A stretch of 64,000 nt of DNA, from contig CM075991.1 of the NCBI GenBank assembly GCA_038087875.1, positions 7,318,001-7,382,000 on the forward strand. Direction: 5' to 3'. Numbering within the stretch: the stretch's first letter is position 1; every line of letters begins with the position of its first letter. A model generated the notes under the pieces. The model saw only the letters and a program-made list of their open reading frames with translations, was not told where the DNA came from and made no database searches. Position numbers and translations under genes: made by a program. The DNA comes from Malacoraja senta (Eukaryota). Positions 59,474 through 64,000 of the stretch are shown here, piece by piece.

Positions 59474-61103
59474 CAGTGGCTTGCAAAAGTATTCACACCC
59501 CTTGAACTTTTCCACATTTTGTCACGTTACAACCACAAACGTAAATGTGTTTTTTTGGGATTTTATGTGATAGACCAACACATACTGGCGCATAATTGTG
59601 AAGTGTAAGGAAAATGATACATGGTTTTCAAATCTTTTTACAAATAAAAAACTGAAAAGTGTCGCGTGCAAAAGTATTCAGCCCCCCTGACTCAGTACTT
59701 TGTAGAACCACCTTTCGCTGCAATTACAGCTGCAAGTCTTTTGGGGTATGTCTCTACCAGCTTTGCACATCTAGAGACTGAAATGTTTGCCCATTCTTCT
59801 TTGCAAAACAGCTCAAGCTCAGTCAGATTGGATGGAGAGCATATGTGAACAGCAATTTTCAAGTCTTGCCAGAGATTCTCAATTGGATTTAGGTCTGGAC
59901 TTTGACTGGGCCATTCTAACACATGAATATGCTTTGATCTAAACCATTCCATTGTAGCTCTGGCTGTATGTTTAGGGTCGTTGTCCTGCTGGAAGGTGAA
60001 CCACCGCCCCAGTCTCAAGTCTTTTGCAGACTCTAACAGGTTTTCCTCCAAGATTGCCCTGTATTTGGCTCCATCCATCTTCCCATCAACTCTGACCAGC
60101 TTCCCTGTCCCTGCTAAAGAAAAGCATGTCCACAGCATGATGCTGCCACCACCATGTTTCACAGTGGGGATGGTGTGTTCAGGGTGATGTGCAGTGTTAG
60201 GTTTCCGCCACACATAGCGTTTTGCATTTAGGCCAAAAACTTCAATTTTGGTCTCATCTGACCAGAGCACCTTCCTCCACATGTTTGCTGTGTCCCCCAC
60301 ATGGCTTGTGGCAAACTGCAAACGGGACTTCTTATGGCTTTTTTTCAACAATGGCTTTCTTCTTGCCACTCTTCCATAAAGGCCCGATTTGTGGAGTGCA
60401 TGACTAATAGTTGTCCTGTGGACAGATTCTCCCACCTGAGCTGTGGATCTCTGCAGCTCCTCCAGAGTTACCATGGGCCTCTTGGCTGCTTCTCTGATCA
60501 ATGCTCTCCTTGCCCGGCCTGTCAGTTTAGGTGGATGGCCATGTCTTGGTAGGTTTGCAGTTGTGCCATACTCTTTCCATTTTCGGATGATGGATTGAAC
60601 AGTGCTCCGTGAGATGTTCAAAGCTTGGGATCTTTTTTTATAACCCAACCCTGGTTTAAACTTCTCCACAACTTTATCCCTGACCTTTATCCCTGACCTG
60701 TCTGGTGTGTTCCTTGGGCTTCATGATGCTGTTTGTTCACTAATGTTCTCTAACAAACCTCTGAGGCCTTCACAGAACAGCTGTATTTATACTGAGATTA
60801 GATTACTCACAAGTGGACTCTATTTATTAATTAGGTGACTTCTGAAGGCAATTGGTTGCACTGGATTTTATTTAGGGGTATCAGAGTAAAGGGGGCTGAA
60901 TACTTTTGCACGCGACACTTTTCAGTTTTTTATTTGTAAAAATATTTGAAAACCATGTATCATTTTCCTTCCACATCACAATTATGCGCCACTTTGTGTT
61001 GGTCTATCACATAAAATCCCAATAAAATACATTTAAGTTTGTGGTTGTAATGTGACAAAATGTGGAAAAGTTCAAGGGGTATGAATACTTTTGCAAGCCA
61101 CTG
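59474..61103 (-). mobile_element. Complete Tc1/mariner transposon, IR/DR type, 1630 bp
   Basis: About 220-bp TIRs starting CAGTGGCTTGCAAAAGTATTCA with the TGCAAAAGTATTCA motif repeated at their inner ends; TA duplicated at 59472-59473 and 61104-61105. Confidence 0.97.
59692..60724 (-). pseudogene. Tc1 DD34E transposase, frameshifted by a 13-bp tandem duplication
   Basis: WSDETK, FQQDNDPKH and SPDLNPIE with 34 residues between D2 and E; ATG at 60724 (MKPKEHTRQVRDK); CTTTATCCCTGAC repeated at 60672-60684 and 60685-60697. Confidence 0.93.
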
Positions 61104-62259
61104 TAACTCCCTCTTAAATATAGCCAATGAACTGGCCTCAACTACCTTCTGTGGCAGAGAATTCCACAGATTCACGACTCTCTGTGTAAAAAATGATTTT
61201 CTCATCTCGGTCCTAAAAGACTTCCCTCTTATCCTTAAACTGTGACCCCTAGTTCTGGACTTCCCCAACATCGGGAATAATCTTCCTGCATCTAGCCTGT
61301 CCAACCCCTTAAGAATTTTGTAAGTTTCTATAATCTTCTCAATCTTCTAAATTCTAGCGAGTACAAGCCGAGTCTATCCAGTCTTTCTTCATATGAAAGT
61401 CCTGCCATCCCAGGAATCAGTCTGGTGAACCTTCTATGGCAAGAATGTCTTTCCTCAGATTAGGAGACCAAAACTGTACGCAATACTCCAGGTGTGGTCT
61501 CACCAAGACCCTGTACAACTGCAGTAGAACCTCCCTGCTCTTATACTCAAATCCTTTTGCTATGAATGCTAACATACCATATGCTTTCTTCACTGCCTGC
61601 TGCCTGCTGCACCTGCATGCCTACTTTCAATGATTGGTGTACCATGACACCCAGGTCTCGTTGCATCTTCCCTTTTCCTAATCGGCCACCGTTCAGATAA
61701 TAGTCTACTTTCCTGTTTTTGCCACCAAAGTGGATAACCTCACATTTATCCACATTATACTGCATCTGCCATGCATTTGCCCACTCACCCAACCTATCCA
61801 AGTCACCTTGCAGCCTCCTAGCATCCTCCTCACAGCTAACACTGCCCCCCAGCTTTGTGTCATCCGCAAACTTGGAGATGTTGCATTCAATTCCCTCATC
61901 CAGATCATTAATATATATTGTAAATAGCTGGGGTCCCAGCACTGATCCTTGCGGTACCCCACTAGTCACTGCCTGCCATTCTGAAAAGAACCCGTTTACT
62001 CCTAGTCTTTGCTTATAAAGAAATACAATTCCTTTAGATCTACCTCTATTAGAGCCAGATTATTAAATATATTCAGGAGATTGGGCTACGCTTCTTCGCA
62101 GTTCTTAGAAAGGCATCAAGGGATATGAGGAAAAAGCAAGAACAGGGTACGAAATATGGATGATCAGCCATGATCATAGTGAATGGTAGAGTAGACTTGA
62201 AGAACTCAATGGCCTACTCTTGCTCCAGCAATGATTCACGGGCACATAATCTACATTCA

Positions 62260-62660
62260 AATCTACATCCATTAACACTCACGCTGCCTCGGCAAGGCTA
62301 CCAACATAATCAAGGACAAGTCTCGCCCCAGACATTTCCTCTTCTCCCCTCTCCCATCAAGATGTGTGAAAATGCATATCTCCAGATTCAGGGACAGTTT
62401 CTTCCCAGCTGTCATTAGGAAACTGAACCACCCTATCACCAACTTGAGAGCGGTCTTGACCTACCATCTACCTCATTGGAAACTCTCGGACTATCTTTAA
62501 TCTGGCTTTATCTTGCACTATACGTTATTCCCTTTCTCTGAACACTGTGGACGGCTTCATTATAATCATATGTAGCTATTTCCGCTGACTGGATCACACA
62601 CAACCAGAAAGCTTTTCACTGTACCTCAGTACATGTGGCAATAAGCTAAACTAAACTAAT
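62260..62660 (+). mobile_element. Rex1/Babar-like 3' fragment
   Basis: ..IIKD..H....FFSPLPS..RFRDSFFPAVIR.LN peptide and (CTAAA)n tail. Confidence 0.7.
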
Positions 62661-62975
62661 TCAAATGTAAGGTCACTGATTCTATGTCAAAGCAAAGGAG
62701 CTGGGAAGTTCCAGTATGTCTGTGTTCTGAGGTCTGGCCGCATATGAGAATACAAATTCATTGGCAAGTACTGTGAAGAAGTTTAAGGCACCAAATTTTG
62801 GCCCTGCTTTGGATCAGTCCAAAACATGCCAGCAAGTCGTGCCATGTCATGTCAGCCATGCCATACCAAATTTTTTAGTCATAGGGTCACAGTGTGGAAG
62901 CAGGCCCTTTGGCCCAACTTGCCCACACCGGCCAACATGTCGCAACTACACTAGTCCCACCTGCCTGCGTTTGGA

Positions 62976-63149
62976 CATGTCGCGGGGGTGACGCCTGTAT
63001 GGTCGTGAGTAGTCGCGCAAAAAGTCATACCTATTTCTGGTCGCCTTTGGATTTTCAACATGTTGAATGTTGAACATTTCGGCAACCTGCTGCGACTATG
63101 ACGTGTGCCGGCAAATCGCTAAAAAAATTGGGTAAGTGGGACAGGCCCT
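62976..63149. mobile_element. One-ended PIF/Harbinger-type MITE (#8) in a CR1 3' fragment
   Basis: Right TIR AAGTGGGACAGGCCCT followed by TAA; body is an inverted relative of #3; left TIR missing. Confidence 0.75.
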
Positions 63150-63419
63150 TAACTATTTCTTAAACGTTGGGATAGTCCCAGCCTCAACTACCTCCACACA
63201 CCCACCACCCTTTGTGTGAAAATGTTACCCCTCAGATTCCTATTAAATTCAGATTCAGATTCATGTCATGGAATCTCATTACACGTGACAATAATAATAA
63301 GTAAACAAAACTAAATTAAACTAATTCTGTGGATTTGGAGTTGTTAATTTACACTGAACAGCATTGCAGGTGCACTGTCAGTAGTACTATTCTCCACTTG
63401 AGACATTAAACAATGATAG

Positions 63420-63663
63420 TTTCAGAAAGAACTGCAGATGCTGGAAAAATCGAAGGTAGACAAAAATGCTGGAGAAACTCAGTGGGTGAGGCAGCATCGA
63501 TGGAGCGAAGGAATAGGTGACATTGTGGGTCGAGACCCTTCTTCAGACCCTTCTTCAGACCCTTCTTCAGACCCTTCGCCGAGACCCTTCTTCTTATTCA
63601 CCTTTTCCTTCGCTCCATAGATGCTGCCTCAGCCGCTGAGTTTCTCCAGCATTTTCGTCTCAC
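63420..63663. mobile_element. Palindromic mini-PLE insertion with amplified hammerhead half-core
   Basis: Inverted arms; perfect 14-bp direct repeat TTAAACAATGATAG (63406-63419 / 63664-63677). Confidence 0.8.
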
Positions 63664-63677
63664 TTAAACAATGATAG

Positions 63678-64000
63678 GATCAACAAACTTATCAGGAAGG
63701 CTGGCTCCTTCCTGGAGTTGGATTCATAGGAGGTGGGTCTTGGAGGGGAGGATGCTCCTCAAACTGCGGAGCATCCTGGACAATACAGCTCACCCCCTCC
63801 ATGACACACTGGTCAACCTGAGGAGTATCTTCAGCAGCAGAATGGTTCCACCATGATGCAGCACAGAACGCCACAGGAGATCCTTCTTCCCTGTGGCTAT
63901 CAAACTGTACAACTCCTCCGCCTTCTGTCGTGGGTAGACTGAGACTGACTCCCCACCCCCCCAATCTTTGCACACTCACCAAGCCTTTCCACTCGTCACT
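63678..64000 (+). mobile_element. Rex1-like LINE 3' fragment (different subfamily)
   Basis: RINKLIRKAGS..RMLLKLRSILDNTAHPLH..CSTERHRRSFFPVAIKLYN. Confidence 0.75.

Larger units (their letters stand above)
59311..62012 (-). mobile_element. Young CR1 LINE 3' part (same family as 21626-24707), split by Tc1
   Basis: ORF 61547-61969 TSGVPQGSVLGP..FADD..; (CTATGTTT)n tail near 59311. Confidence 0.95.

Noticed and set aside
59692..60669. Tc1 ORF as an intact 325-aa transposase
   Set aside because: Starts at GTG; the real ATG (60724) is out of frame because of the 13-bp duplication.

Overview
Eukaryotic, repeat-dense, essentially non-coding DNA (large intron or intergenic region), most likely from a cartilaginous fish. 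The repeat set (HE1-like V-SINEs, SacSINE-like Deu-SINEs, HER1/CR1 LINEs) points to an elasmobranch, probably a skate/ray; this is an inference. No host protein-coding gene can be identified with confidence, and nearly all long ORFs are transposon-derived or antisense shadows. Contents: a near-intact CR1 ORF2 with a single nonsense codon (21.6-24.7 kb); a complete IR/DR Tc1 (DD34E) element inserted at a TA inside a young CR1 copy and inactivated only by a 13-bp duplication; eight PIF/Harbinger-type MITEs with TWA target duplications and a shared internal palindrome; one hAT-like element with an 8-bp TSD; Rex1/Babar, L2 and RTE fragments; and about 20 V-SINEs. The most notable signal is a family of short Penelope-like (PLE) terminal-repeat insertions. 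They are often head-to-head palindromes with 9-16 bp TSDs, and they carry a minimal type I hammerhead ribozyme motif (CUGAAGA-A-stemII-GAAAC-GUC/GUU) with covarying stem II. All family names are from recognition by eye, with no database search. Coordinates of degraded repeats are approximate.
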